Notes under the pieces: generated by a model
What the model saw: only the letters and a program-made list of their open reading frames with translations
What the model was told of the DNA's origin: nothing
Database searches by the model: none
Translations under genes and position numbers: made by a program
From: Octopus sinensis
Taxonomy: Eukaryota
DNA length: 64,000 bases
NCBI RefSeq assembly: GCF_006345805.1
Contig: NC_043015.1
Coordinates: 37,882,001 to 37,946,000 of the forward strand
Direction: 5' to 3'
Shown here: positions 39,857 through 54,934 of the stretch, in pieces
Layout of the letters: every line of letters starts with the position of its first letter
Numbering within the stretch: position 1 is the first letter of the stretch

Positions 39857-40139
39857 TATACATACATATGCACGTGTGCGCGCGCACACACACACATGCA
39901 CACACCCACACACACATACACACGCATGCACACACACACACACACACCTATACAAACACTCACACAGGTTCGTGTTTCTACCGAACACCATTGTCGACTG
40001 TTTTAAAAGAATGAGGTCGCTTAACAGTAGTTTTCCACGGTGCGACTACAATGCGGCCTTGTTCACCGAAGTGAACGACGCGAATCGGTCGAAAGGAACG
40101 CATAAATCTCGGACTCTGTGTATGTGTGTATGTGTGTGT

Positions 40140-40185
<46 letters not shown>

Positions 40186-40219
40186 GTGTGTTGTGTGTCT
40201 GTGTGTCTCTGTGTGTGTG

Positions 40220-40320
40220 TCTGTGTTTGTCCCTCCACCAGCGCTTGACACCGGTATTGCTGTGTTTATGTTCCCGTAATTTAGCGGTTCGGCAAAAGAG
40301 ACCGATAAAATAAGTACTAG
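40220..40320 (+). mobile_element. SINE family A 3' fragment
   Basis: gcttgacaccggt..ttagcggttcggcaaaagagaccgataaaataagtactag. Confidence 0.75.
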
Positions 40321-40448
40321 TGTACTAGTGTAGGCAAAAGTGTTCCGAGGGTATTTAACGATCAGTTTCTATTGTCATCGCTCGGCACTATTCTGCATCA
40401 ATATTAAAGAGCAATGTGAAAGAAGTGAGGGGTTTCACAACATACATA

Positions 40449-40496
<48 letters not shown>

Positions 40497-40931
40497 GGAA
40501 GTGTTGGTACTCGTCTCAATTTTCTTATCGCAAATGGAACCGAGTACCAAAATTTCCAGGTTGCACGCTTAAAAATTGTGAAGATCTTTTCGCATGAAAC
40601 CATTGGTTACACATGTGTGTGTGTGGTGAAGGGATGGAGTTTAAATAACTGAGAAATCTCAGAAATATAGAGAAAAATAAAATCCAAACACATTAGAAAC
40701 GATTGCTTCTCTGCAGTAGAACAAGACAGAGTCACGTTTCTGCCGATAGCATGTACGAATCATTTCATCAACTAGCTTTTTAAAAGAATGAAGCGGTGAG
40801 ATAACGGTTGACTGTATAAGTAGACGACACGGAGTATAATGGATGGCGCGTATGAATGATACGATATTGCTTAAACGCATAGGGCATGTGTGTGTTTGTA
40901 GGTATTTACGAATCTATCTACCTATCTTCTA

Positions 40932-40970
<39 letters not shown>

Positions 40971-41184
40971 CAAAACTATTTGCACCGAAAGCATATATAT
41001 ATATATATACACATACACATATATGTATGTATATATATAGTATGTATATATAAGTATACATACATACAAATATTTGTTCTTTTATTAAAAGCATCGAAAA
41101 TACGTATTCTACAATACAAATAAGTATTTCTGTTGTTCTGACGGTAACTGCGTCCGAAAGAAATTTCATCTCATTTATCGTAGA

Positions 41185-41229
<45 letters not shown>

Positions 41230-41481
41230 CGTGTGCGTGCGTGTGTGTGTGTGTGTGTGTGCGTGTGTGTGTGTGTGTGTGTACATATATATTTCGTGTT
41301 ACGCTAAGAAGCGATGCACGGTTCCAGAATTTTCGACTCGAGTCACATATGACAAACTACTCCAAACCAGCAAACGCTTTAACTGAGGAAGGTTTACGTA
41401 ATGGATGCATTTTCTATTACATATTACGCAAATCTGAAATGTACGTACTAAATGATTCCAAAATATTGGTATTTGGTTTGA

Positions 41482-41519
<38 letters not shown>

Positions 41520-41743
41520 GAACTACTCGAATGTTGCACACGCACAGAGAACTAGATACACTGGCAGCAAAACTGGAGACACACACATATACACACATGA
41601 ACACAGAGAAACAGAAAGAGAAGAGAAGAAATAGAGAAAGCACTTGAAAGATCCAGGATACTCGCTTTATTTCAATGATGCGATCGTTTGGTTGATCTGT
41701 TGGCCAGTTAGAATGCTTCGTTCCCGTCGTCTTGAAGTTGAAC

Positions 41744-41775
41744 AGGTCAGAGGTCAGGAATGTCATGAAAGGTCA
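41744..41775 (+). promoter_or_regulatory. Candidate nuclear-receptor response element (perfect DR1 plus extra half-sites)
   Basis: AGGTCA g AGGTCA (41744-41756), ATGTCA (41760-41765), AGGTCA (41770-41775). Confidence 0.35.
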
Positions 41776-42547
41776 ACTGCTTTAGCACACCTGGAAAGAG
41801 AGGTCCATACCGTTGACAAGCGATCTTTCTCCAACAACGTTTCATATATTCTTTTTACTCTTCTAATGCTATTACTGGTTTCAGTCATAGGGACTGTGGC
41901 CAGGCTGCAGCACCGCATTTAAGGGATTTGTTTATAGCTTAAGACCATCATATCGACTCAAGCATTTATCTTATCGATCATTGCTTATTGTCAGGAAGTT
42001 ACGCATGCATCTCATCACACGGAGACACGCCCGCATACACACACGCCCGCATACACACACACACGCGCATGCACACACACACGCACGCACGCACACACAG
42101 ACATCTACATTTCCCAATGTGTCTTTCATTTTCATGGTGGTAAAATGTGGGTTGAAGGAAATTTGGTTGCTATTTTTAGCAGGTCGAGCGACGATATTAA
42201 GTGACCCACGTTGGTTCGTCGCCAATATTACTAATGAAATGGCGCAGTTCGGGATTTTCGGGACAGACGTAGGCAGTGGGAGCAGCACATGCTTGACATG
42301 TGTTTCTGTTCGTTTGTAAGTATTGAACTCAATTTCTTCTGGTGACCTGGGTCATTAGTGAACCTCTCTGTTTCTCTCTCTCTCTCCCTTTTCTCTCTCT
42401 GTCTCTCTCCTTTTTCTCTCTGCCTCTCCTTCTCTTTTTCAACACACTCATGCACACACACACTCCGCTGCCCTATTTCATCCAGTTCTATATGCATCTT
42501 ACTAAAGAAAATCTGATGCGAACGTTTAATAATAATAGACAGATGGG

Positions 42548-42680
<133 letters not shown>

Positions 42681-43777
42681 AAATAGATATGAAATCTATA
42701 TCTAGATGTATGTATCTGAAAAAATCAAACCGGCACATGAAAAAGATTAACGATTAACGGGATAACTAACGCGTAAATCCCCTCGTCAGCCATGGAGACC
42801 AGACTAAAGGCGCAGTTTCGACACATTTAAAGTCCATTTCTACGGACTCACAATTATTAAGCTTCTTAATATATTTCAAAACAACTGTTTCAATTATAAC
42901 AACAAATGATAGCTCTGAACGATTACTTAAAGTAGAATGCTGATGAAATCATATATTATTTTTCTCTAACATGCAAAGATCACAGCTATCGTTATCCTGG
43001 TTGTAAGATTTAACAGGTTCTAATATCTTCCGAATAAGTTTTTTTTTTATATATATAGTATTTCTTAAAGATCAGATGCACTACGACAGACGTGTCTAAA
43101 GATCTTTCTGACTTTCTGGAATGGATGCTGATAATGATTCGATCATTATTTAAAAAGATTTTCAGTCAAGCACACTCTTTTAAACAAAATTATTAGCTAG
43201 GATTACCAGGTGGACTGCCTGATCTAAATATGTACTATCCTGATCTAAAGATGTACTATGTGAACGAAAAAAATACAGAATAAACATAATTAAACTAAGA
43301 TCTAAGCCACACTGAAAATGTTAAACTTACATAGGAAATATAAAAAAAAATGTAAAAACCAATGAACTTGCAAAATTCTGCAGAGTCTACATCAAAAGAA
43401 TTAGCATCGTTCTTATTTACTTAAATGATGATCATCGAAAGAAATCGATGACATTATTGCATGCATGTTTCTTTTGAAATGAGATTCGATTGAAGTGCAA
43501 TTTTTAACGAAAACTAATTCTTTTTCTGCAGCCAAAATTTGATTATCATAAGATAAAACTCTGATATCAGGCTGAGTAAATTGTCGTAGATGCTTTGTTG
43601 CAATTAGAGTTGCACTAATTATTAATACTGTTAATTCATTAACTTAAATCTGTTCGTTTAATTGTAACAATAGTAATGTCTTCGATATTTTAGACTCGCT
43701 ATAATTAATACTCTTTTTTTTTAACGTAGGTTTCGGATTCAATGTTTTCGACGTTTTAAAACCGGAATCTATTTTTA

Positions 43778-43975
43778 ACTTGCTTCAGTCATTAGACTGT
43801 GGCCATGTTGGGGCACGGTCTTGAAGAATGTTAGTCGAACGAATCGACCCCAGTGCCTATTTAGTTAAGCTTAGTATTTATTCTATAGATGTCTTTTGCC
43901 GAACCCCAAGTTATGGGGACGTAACTACACTAACACCGGTTAACAAGTGGTTGTGGGGACAAACACAGATACAGA
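43778..43975 (-). mobile_element. SINE family A 3' half
   Basis: cagtcattagactgtggccatgttggggcac..cttttgccgaac..ggggacaaacacag. Confidence 0.8.
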
Positions 43976-44043
43976 GATACACAGATCTTTTGAGGCCTTC
44001 GTTGGATTTGCCCACATACATACATACTTACATACATTCATGG

Positions 44044-44074
<31 letters not shown>

Positions 44075-44601
44075 CATACACATATATATACATATATATA
44101 TATACACACATGCATACATATACATATATGTCTATGTATATATGTATGTACATAAGTTGAAAACGTGACAAAGTTTGCTATATGAACAAGCATAATGTGA
44201 AAAAGTTTGAATATCTTATGAACGTTCATTGGATAAAATGAAATGAAGGAATCTTACTGAACGACGGTAGGAAGGTTGTTCAAAGAACTGAAATGTTGAA
44301 CAATACATCGAGAGTCGCAGAGATTAATCAGATAAAAAAAAAAACAAAGAAAAAAACAACAACATAATTGTCACCCAAGCATGTAATAGTGTTTATGAAA
44401 AAATGTATGAATTTATGAAAAAGATGAAAATTGTTGATGATTGAGTGTGTGAACGAATCTAAGAATACAAAGAAATTAAGTGAAGGAATTTTGATGCTTG
44501 AAATTAGCGGGGACAACGTTCCCATAATCCTGTATATTCTGAGTATTGAATTTCTGATGTGTCTATATATATATATTATATATATATATATATTATATAA
44601 T

Positions 44602-44701
44602 NNNNNNNNNNNNNNNNNNNNNNNNNNNNNNNNNNNNNNNNNNNNNNNNNNNNNNNNNNNNNNNNNNNNNNNNNNNNNNNNNNNNNNNNNNNNNNNNNNN
44701 N
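44602..44701. other. Assembly gap (100 N)
   Basis: Run of n; adjacency across it is unverified. Confidence 0.99.
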
Positions 44702-47700
44702 GACATGCCCCTGAATTACATACCCCTGAATTACCTTCCCATAAATTACATACACCTGAATTACATGCCCGTGAATTACCTGCCCCTAAATTACATGCCC
44801 CTGAATGACATGCCCCTTAATTAGTTAGATCTGGATTACCTGCCCCTGAATAACCTATACCTGAATAACCTGCCCCTGAATAACATACACCTGAATTACA
44901 TACACCTGAATTACATGCCCCTCAATTACATGCCCCTGAATTACCTGCCCCTGGATTACCTAGCCCTGAATTACCTGCCCCTGAATTACCTTCCCAGAAT
45001 GACATGCCCCTGAATGACATGCCCCTGAATTGCATGCAACTGATTTAAATGCCCCTGATTTACATACACCTGAATTACATGCCCCTGAATTATCTACCCC
45101 TGAGTCCCTGAATAACCTGCACCTGAATTACATACACCTGAATTACCTGCCCCTAAATTACATGCCCCTGAATTACCTGCCCCGGAATGACATGCCCCTG
45201 AAATACCTGCACCTAGATTACCTGCCCCTGAATTACCTGCCCCTGAAGTACCTGCCCCTAAATTACATGACCCTGAATGACCTGCCCCTGAATGACATGC
45301 CTCTGAATTATCTATCCCTAAATTACCAGCCCCTGAATTGCCTGCCCGTGAATGACATGCCCCTGAATTACCTTTCATCTGAATTACATGCCCCTGAATT
45401 ACCTGCCCCTGGATTACCTGACCCAGAATTACATGCCCCTGAATGACATGCCCCTGAATTACCTTCCCCTGAATTACCCACCCACGAATTACATGCCCCT
45501 GAATTACATGCCCCTGAATTACATGCCCCTGAATTACCTACCCCTGAATTACATACATGCACCTCAATTACATGCCCCTGAATTACCTACCCCTGAATTA
45601 CATACCCCTGAATTACCTGCCCCTGAATTACCTTTCCCTGAATTACATGCCCCTGAATTACATGTCCCGGAATTATCTGCCAATGAATGACATTCCTCTA
45701 AATTACCTGCCCCTGAATTACATACCCCTGAATTACCTTCCCCTAAATTACATGCATCTGAATTACCTGCCCCTGAATTACAAACAACTGAATTAGATGC
45801 CCCTCAATTAAATGCCTCTTAATTACATGCACATGAATGACCTGACCCTGAATGATATGCCCCTCAATTATCTATCCCTAAATTACCTGCCCCGGAATTA
45901 CCTGCCCGTGAATGTCATGCCCCTGAATTACATGCCCCTGAATAACATACACCAGAATAAGATACACCTGAATTACATGCCCCTGAATTACCTGCCCCTA
46001 AATTACATGCATCTGAATTGCCTGCCCCTGAATTACATGGCCCTGAATTATCTGCCCCTCAATCACATGGCTCTTAATTACATGCACCTGTATGACCTGA
46101 CCCTGAATTATCTATCCCTAAATTACCTGCCCATGAATTACCTGCCCGAGAATGACATGCCCCTGAAATACCTGCACCTAGATTACCTGCCCCTGAATTA
46201 CATGCTCCTGAATTACATGCCCCTGGATTACCTGACCCAGAATTACATGTCCCTGGATTACCTAACCCAGAATTACATGCCCCTGAATTACCTGCCCATG
46301 AATGACATTCCTCTAAATTACCTGTCCCTGAATTACCTTCCCCTGAATTACCCACCCATTAATTACATGCCCCTGAATTACATGCCCCTGAATTACCTAC
46401 CCCTGAATTACATGCCCCTCAATTACATGCCCCTGGATTACCTAACCCAGAATTACATGCCCCTGGATTACCTAACCCAGAATTACATGCCCCTTAATTA
46501 AATGCCCCTCAATTACCTGCACCTGAATAACATGCCCCTGAATTACGTGCCCCTGAATTACCTCCCCCTGAATTACCATCCCCTGAATTTTATGCCCATG
46601 AATTACGTGCCCCTGAATGACCTGCCCCTTAATTACATGCCCCTGGATTACCTGTCCCTGAATAACCTATACCTGAATAACCTGACACTCAATAATCTGC
46701 CCCTGAAGTTCCTGCCCCTAAATTACCTTCCCCTGAATTACATGCCCCTGAATTACTGCCCATGAATTACATGCACCTGAATTACATACACCGAATTACC
46801 TGCCCCTGAGTCACATGTCCCTGAATAACCTGCAATTGAATTACCTGCCCCTGAATTACATACACCTGAATTACGTGGCCTTTGAATTACCTGCCCCTAA
46901 ATTATGGGCCCCTGATTAACCGGCCCTGAATGACATGCCCCTCAATCACCTGCCCATGAATGACATTCCTATAAATTACCTTTCCCTGAATTACCCCTGA
47001 ATTACCTGCCCCTGGATTACCTTCCCCTGAATTACACTCTAAATTAAGTGCCCCTGAATTACCTGCCAATGAATGACATTCCTCTAAATCACCTGCACCT
47101 GAACTACCTGCCCCTGGATTACCTTCGCATCAATTACCCGCCCATGAATTACCTGCCCCTAAATTACTTGCCCCCAAATTACATGCCCCGGATTAACCTG
47201 CCCCTGAATTACATGCCCCTGAATTACCTGCCCCTGAATTACATACACCTGAATTACCTGACCCTGAATTACATGCCCCTGAATTATCTACCCCTGAGTC
47301 CCTGAATAACCTGCACCTGAATTACCTGCCCCGAATTACATGCCCGTGAATTACCTGCCGTGAATTTCCTGCCCCAAAATTACATGCCCCTGAATTACCT
47401 GGCCATGAATTACCTGCCCCTGAATAACATACACCTGAATTAACTTTCCCTCAATTACCTGCCCCTGAATTACATTACCCTGAAGTACCTGCCCCTAAAT
47501 TACATGCATCTGAATTACCTGCCCCTGAATTACAAACACCTGAAATACATGGCTCTGAATTACCCGCCTCTTATTTACATGCACCTCAATGACCTGCCCT
47601 GAATGACATGCCTCTGAATTATCTATCCCTAAATTACCGGCCCCTGAATTACCTACCCGTGAATGACATGCCTCTGAATTACCTGCACCTAGATTACCTG

Positions 47701-50700
47701 CCTGAATTACATGCCCTGAATCACCTTTCATCTGAATTACATGCCCCTGAATTACATGCCCCTCGATTACCTGCCCCTAAATTACCTGCGGATGAATGAC
47801 ATTCTCTGAATTACCTGTCCCTGAATTACCCCTGAATTACCTGCCCCTGGATTACCTTCCCCTGAAATATATTGCTCTGAATTACCCACCCACGAATTAC
47901 ATGCCCCTAAATTACATGCCCCTGAATAACCTACCCCTGAATACATACACCTAAATTACATGCCCTCAATTATCTGCACCTCATTACATGCCCCTGAGTT
48001 ACATGCACCTGAAATTACCTGCACCTGAATTACATGCCCTGAAATACATGCTCTGAATTACCCACCCACGAATTACATGCCCTTGAATTATGCCCCTGAA
48101 TTACCTTCCCCTGAATTACATCACTCCAATTACCTGCTCCTCAATTACATGCCGCTGAATTACATGCCCCTTAATTACATGCCCCTGAATTACTGCACCT
48201 GAATTACATGCCCCTCAATTACCTGCGTATGAATTACCTTGCTCTGAATGACATGCCCCTTAATTACTAACCCTGAAGTACCGGCCCTGAATTACCTGCA
48301 ACTAAAAATTACATGCATCTGAATTACCTGCCCCTGAATTACATGACCCTGAATTACCTGCCCCTCAATTACATGTCTCTTAATTACATGCACCTGAATG
48401 ACCTGCCCCTGAATGACATATCTCTGAATTATCTATCCCTAAATTATCTGCCCCTGAATTACCTGCCCGTGAATGACATACCCCTGAAATACCTCCACCT
48501 AGATTACCTGCCCCTGAATTACCTGCCCGTGAATGACATACCCCTGAAATACCTGCACCTAGATACCTGCCCCTGAATTACATTTCATCTGAATTACATG
48601 CCCCTGAATTACCTGCCCCTGAATTACAAGCTCCTGAATTACCTGCCCATGAATGACATTCCTATAAATTACCTGTCCTTAAATTACCCCTGAATTACCT
48701 TCCTCTGAATTACCTGCCCCTGAATTACCTGCCAATGAATGACATTCCTCTAAATCACCTGCCCCTGGATTACCTTCCCCTCAATTAAACGCCCATGAAT
48801 TACATGCCCCTGAATTACCTGCCCCTGAATGAAGTGCCTCTGAATTACATACACCTGAATTATCAGCTCCTGAATTACATGCCCCTGAGTCCCTGAATTA
48901 CATGCCCGTGAATTACCTGCCCCTCAATTACATACACCTGAATTACATGCCCGTGAATTACCTGCCCCTAAAATACATACACCTGAATTACATGCCCGTG
49001 AATTACCTGCCCCTAAAATACATGCCCCTCAATTACCTGCCCATGAATTACATGCCCCTGAACTACATGCCCCTTAATTACATGTCCCTGAATTATCTGC
49101 CAATGAATGACATACCTCTAAATTACCTGCCCCTGAATTACCTGCCCCTGAATTACATACCCCTGAATTACCTGCCTCTAAATTACATGCATCTGAATTA
49201 CCTGCCCCTGAATTACAAACACCTGAATTACCTGCCCCTCAATTACATGCCTCTTAATTACATGCACATGAATGATCTGACCCTGAATGATATGCCCGAA
49301 TTATCTATCCCTAAATACCTGCCAGTGATGATACCCCTGGATTAACTGCCCCTGAATAACCTGCCCTGAATAACATACACTGAATTAACTTCCCCAGAAT
49401 TACATGCCCCTGATTTAATGCCCCTGAATTACATGGCCTTCAATTACCTGCCCCTCAATTACATGCACCTAAATGACCTGCCCCTGAATATCTATCCCTA
49501 AATTACCTGCCCGTGATTGACATAACCCTGAATTACTGCACCTAGATTACTGCCCTGAATTACATGCCCCTGGATTACCTAACCCAGAATTACAAGCCCC
49601 TGAATTACCTGCCCATGAATGACATTCCTCTAAATTACTGTCCCTGAATTACCCTGAATTACTGCCCCTAAATTACATGACTCTTAATTACATGCACATG
49701 AATGATCTGACTCTGAATGATGTGCCCCTGAATTACCTATCCCTAAATTACCCCACCGTGAATGACATGCCCTGAATTACATACACCTGAATTACATGCC
49801 CCTGAATTACCTTCCCTGAATGACATGCCCCTGAATTGCATACCCCTGAATTACCTGCCCATGAATTACATGCACCTGAATTACATGGCCCCTGAATTAC
49901 ATGCAAATGATTTACATGCCCCTGAATTACATACACCTGAATTACACTCCCCTGAATTATCTACCCTGAGTCCCTGATAACCTGCACCTGAATTACATAC
50001 ACCTGAATTACCTGCCCCTCAATTACCTGCCATGAATTACCTGCCCATGAATTAAATGCCCCTGAAGTACCTGCCCCTAAATTACATGACCCTGAATGGA
50101 CCTGCCCCTGAATGACATGCCTCTGAATTATATATCCCTAAATTACCAGCCCCTGAATTACCTGCCCCGTGAATGACATGCCCCTGAATTACCTTTCATC
50201 TGAATTACCTGCCCCTAAATTACCTGCAGATGAATGACATTCCTCTAAGTTACCTGGCCCTGAATAACCCCTGAATTACCTGCCCCTGGATTACCTTCCC
50301 CTGGATTACCTTCCCCTGAATTACATGCCCCTGAATTACATTCCTCTGAATTACCCACCCACGAATTACATGCCACTGAATTATATGCGCCTGAATTACC
50401 TACCCCTGAATTACAGACACCTGAATTACATGCCCCTCAATTACCTGCACCTCAATTACATGCCGCTGAATTACCTAACCCTGAATTACCTGCCCCTGAA
50501 TTACATGCCCATGAATTACATGCACCTGAATTAAATGCCCCAGAATTACATGCCCCTGAATTACCTGCCCGTGAATTACCTGCCCATGAATTAAATGCCC
50601 CTAAATTACTTTCCCCTGAAGTACCTGCCCCTAAATTACATGCATCTGAATTACGTGCCTTGAATTACAAGCACCTGAATTACCTGCCTCTTAATTACAT

Positions 50701-52325
50701 GCACCTGAATGACCTGCCCCTGAATTTCATGCCTCTGAATTATCTATCCCTAATTTACCTGCCCGTGAATGACATGCACCTCGATTACCTGCCCCGAATT
50801 ACATGCCCTGGATTACCTGCCCATGAATGACATTCTCTAAATTACCTGTCCCTGAATTACGCCTGAATTACCTGCACCGGATTACCTTCCCCGAATTACA
50901 TTCCTCTGATTACCCACCCACGAATTACATGCCCCTGAATTACAACACCTGGATTACGAGCCCCTCAATTACCTGCCACCTCAATTACATGCCCCTGAAT
51001 TACCTGCCCATGAATGACATTCCTATAAATTACCTCCCCCTGGATTACCTTCCCCAATTACATTGCATCTGTATACCTGCCCCTGAATTACCTGCCAATG
51101 AATGATATTACTCTAAATCACCTGCACCTGGATTACCTTCCCCTCCAATTACCCGCACATGAATTACATGCCCGATTTACTGCCCCTCAATGACATGCCC
51201 CTGAATTACATACCCCTGAATAACCTTCCCATAAATACATACACCTGAATTACATGCCCGTGAATTACCGCCCGTGAATTACCTGCCCCTAAATTACATG
51301 CCCCTGAATGACCTGCCCCTTAATTAGTTACCCCTGGATTACTGCCCCTGAATAACCTATACCTGAATAACCTGCCCCTGAATAACATACACCTGAATTA
51401 CATGCCCCTGAATTACATGCAACTGATTTACATGCCCCTGAATTACATACACCTGAATTACATGCCCCTGAATTATCTAACCCTGAGTCCCTGAATAACC
51501 TGCACCTGAATTACATACACCTGAATTACCTGCCCCTAAATTACCTGCCCCTGAATGACATGCCCCTCAATTACCTGCCCATGAATTACCTGCCCCCCAA
51601 TTACCTGCCCATGAATTAAATGGCCATGAACTACCTGCCCCTAAATTACATGACCCTGAATGACCTGCCCCTGAATGACATGCCTCTGAATTATCTATCC
51701 CTAAATTACCAGCCCCTGAATTACCTGCCCCGTGAATGACATGCCCTGAATTACCTTTCATCTGAATACATGCCCCTGGATTACCTGCCCCTGAATTACC
51801 CCTGAATTACCTGCCCCTGGATTACCTTCCCTGAATTACATGCCCCTGAATTACATTCCTCTGAATTACCCACCCACGAATTACATGGCCCTGAATTACC
51901 ACCCCTGAATTACCTGCACCTCAATTACATGCCGCTGAATTACCTAACCCTGAATTACCTGCACCTGAATTACCTTCCCTGAATGACATGCCCCTGAATA
52001 ACATGCTCCTGAATTACATACCCCTGAATTACCTGCCCATGAATTACATGCAACTGAATTACATGCCCCTGAATTACCTGCCCCAGAATTACATGCCCCT
52101 GAAGTATCTACCCCCGAGTCCCTGAATAACCTGCACCTGAATTACCTGCCCGTGAATTACATGCCCCTGAATTACCTGCCCCTCAATTACCTGCCCGTGA
52201 ACTACCTGGCCCTAAATTACATGCCCCTCAATTACCTGCCCATGAATTAAATGCCCCTAAATTACCTTCACCTGAAGTACCTGCCCCTAAATTACATGCA
52301 TCTGAATTACGTGCCCCTGAATTGC
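44702..52325. repeat. 15-bp satellite, consensus CTGAATTAC(A/C)TGCCC, ~7.6 kb
   Basis: Roughly 500 diverged tandem units with recurrent variant blocks; open-ended at the gap. Confidence 0.97.
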
Positions 52326-52560
52326 AAGGTAAGACCAAACTGTCTACTTTATCCACCAGTTCCAACACGATTTAACAAAAAAGGAGACAAATTGCTTGAC
52401 TAGATTTCACTGCAAAGCCAGTAACATCTATGAACTTCCCAAAATCTACAAAAGGTAAGCCATAAACAAAAACCTGTAACAGTTAAACTTCTATAGTTAT
52501 AAATATTCCACACCCGAGAGATATCCGAATGAGGCCAATTATGGCCAATCCAGGTATGTA
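52326..52560 (+). mobile_element. Penelope-like element RT fragment
   Basis: LTKKETNCLTRFHCKASNIYELPKIYK ... MRPIMA matches the PLE motif YGLPKIHK...RPI. Confidence 0.75.
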
Positions 52561-54722
52561 GATACGGGAGGCATTGGGTGCTTAACACTCGCAAATCTGA
52601 AGTCGCTAAAGGTGCAATAAATTGAACTTCTTTTCATTAGAACTTAGGGATCTGCAAATGTGGGTATCTTGGAGATGCTTAAAGTGTCTGCTGTAGCTGT
52701 AATCGTCGCACAAACAAACGAATAAAAACACAGTCGCTCACACACACGTACACACAAAAATAAAAACATTCACACAAACACAGACACTGAAATGAAAATA
52801 GCAACACACACACATATAAAAAGTCCCACGCACACAAACACTGAAAAAAAAATTCTCACAAAAACACTCACATACGCACAAAAAATAAAAATACAGATAC
52901 ATATTCACACACTCAAACACGCGGACAAACACAGAAATGAAAGTTACATACCTACACATGCACAAACACAGACACACAAATACAAATGGAAAATACGGTA
53001 ACACATCCAAACTCTAACACATTAACATACGCACAAACACACATACACACAAACATAAGCACCCCACACACAAAATGAAAAACACAGTTACACACTCACA
53101 CATAAACCCTAACCCTAAATAGCACAAACATACAAGTTATTCAGAATGTAAAGGGGCATTGGGTGCTTTGCACTCGCAGTTAGAATATCAGCCCCCTCCA
53201 CGCCAGTATGAGAATTTCTTTTATCCACTTGTGAAATTAATACGTTGTCGACACATGGGGAAAATATGAGCAACATCTGAAGTCATAAAGTAAAGGTGCA
53301 ATAAATTGAACTTATTTGATTAGTAGTTAGTGATCTCAATGTGGGTATTTAGAAATGGTCAAAGTGCTTGTTGCGTTTGTAAGTGTCGCACACACAAACA
53401 AACATAGAAAACACTCAGTCGCTCACAACACTCGCGCACACAGAAATAAAAACACTCTCACACACACAAACAACCACTGAAATGAAAATACCCATACTCA
53501 CATAAATAAAAACAGTCCCACACACACAAGGAGCCCCAATAGGTATATCAAAAAAGTTTCTAGTATTTTTCCTAGCCCATAATTTATGATAATTGAAGTT
53601 CTTACAATAAATAAATACCTACTAAATCAGTACATCGAACATTACGTCCCGTAACTTATCGGTTCTGCAAAAGAGACCTATACGTTAAGTAATAGGCATA
53701 CAAAGAATAATTGCTGGGGTTGATTTGCTTGACTAAAGGCGGTGCTCCACCATGGTCACAGTGAAATAACTGAAAGAGTATAAGAGCGACAAAGTGTATA
53801 TTACAACTACATACTTAAGGGAGATAACTACATACTTAAGGGAGATAACTACAGAGTATCTTTCTACAGTTACTTCCCTTGAATATTATATTTTAACAAT
53901 AATAAAATATTTTAGGATATTAACTCTCGGAAGGGAGATAACTAGATAACATCTTCCAGAGTTACTTTCCTTACATATAATTATTTTACTTTTATTAAAT
54001 TATAATATGCGAGAGAAATAGCTCTAGATATATATAATTCAGACGTGACACACACCCTTTAACGCTTTTCTAGAGCAAATCGACACTAGGACTTACTCTA
54101 TGACAGCCTAGAATATTATTTATTGGTCGTCTTTTCCCGAAGTTACTGGGGTGTTAAAAAGACCAGCATCAGTTGTCAAGCGGTTTTGGGGACACAGAAA
54201 CATATATAAATATCTATCTAGTTTATATTACTGCTGAGAAAACCACGCGAGAGTGGTGGATTGGAAAGTAATATCATATAGACTCGAGACAGTTATCGCC
54301 TCGAGCCTATATGCTAGTAGAAGACATTTGCCTAACGTGCCACTCAGTGGACTGAACTGGAAGTAATTGTTAGGTAAGCAAGCTAATTCCCATTCAGACA
54401 CTACTGTTTGTTAACCGGACAACTTCAATGTGAGCCTAATTGTTGATATGCAAATGAGTTCATTAATGGGGTCTGGAACTTTCGCGGCTGGGTCCATAAG
54501 ACAACGCAACAATCTTGGGTATGGGGACTGTCCTCACACACGCACAAACACCCACACGTCAAATAAATATTGACAGCTAATCATTTACATTTCACTACAC
54601 CCCACAAATATATAAAGTAATAATGTTATCTAGTACTACTCTTCGGACATAATCAAGTTTCATTTTTGTTTTAGATTATATATTATGCGTGTGTGGGTAT
54701 ATATACCGTATATCTGTATGTG

Positions 54723-54772
<50 letters not shown>

Positions 54773-54934
54773 ATATATACTGGAGCGCCGCCTTTAATCG
54801 AGCACATCGTCCGCAGCACATATTCTTTGTAAGCCTAGTATTTATTCTAACTTGTTCTTTTTGCCGAACCGCTAAAATACAGGGAGGTAAAACACACCTG
54901 TATCGGTTAAAAGCATCAACAACTACAGTCAATC

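Noticed and set aside
42745-42792. Minus-strand ctgacga with ggat/atcc stem
   Set aside because: The GAAA half of the core is missing; at best a decayed remnant.
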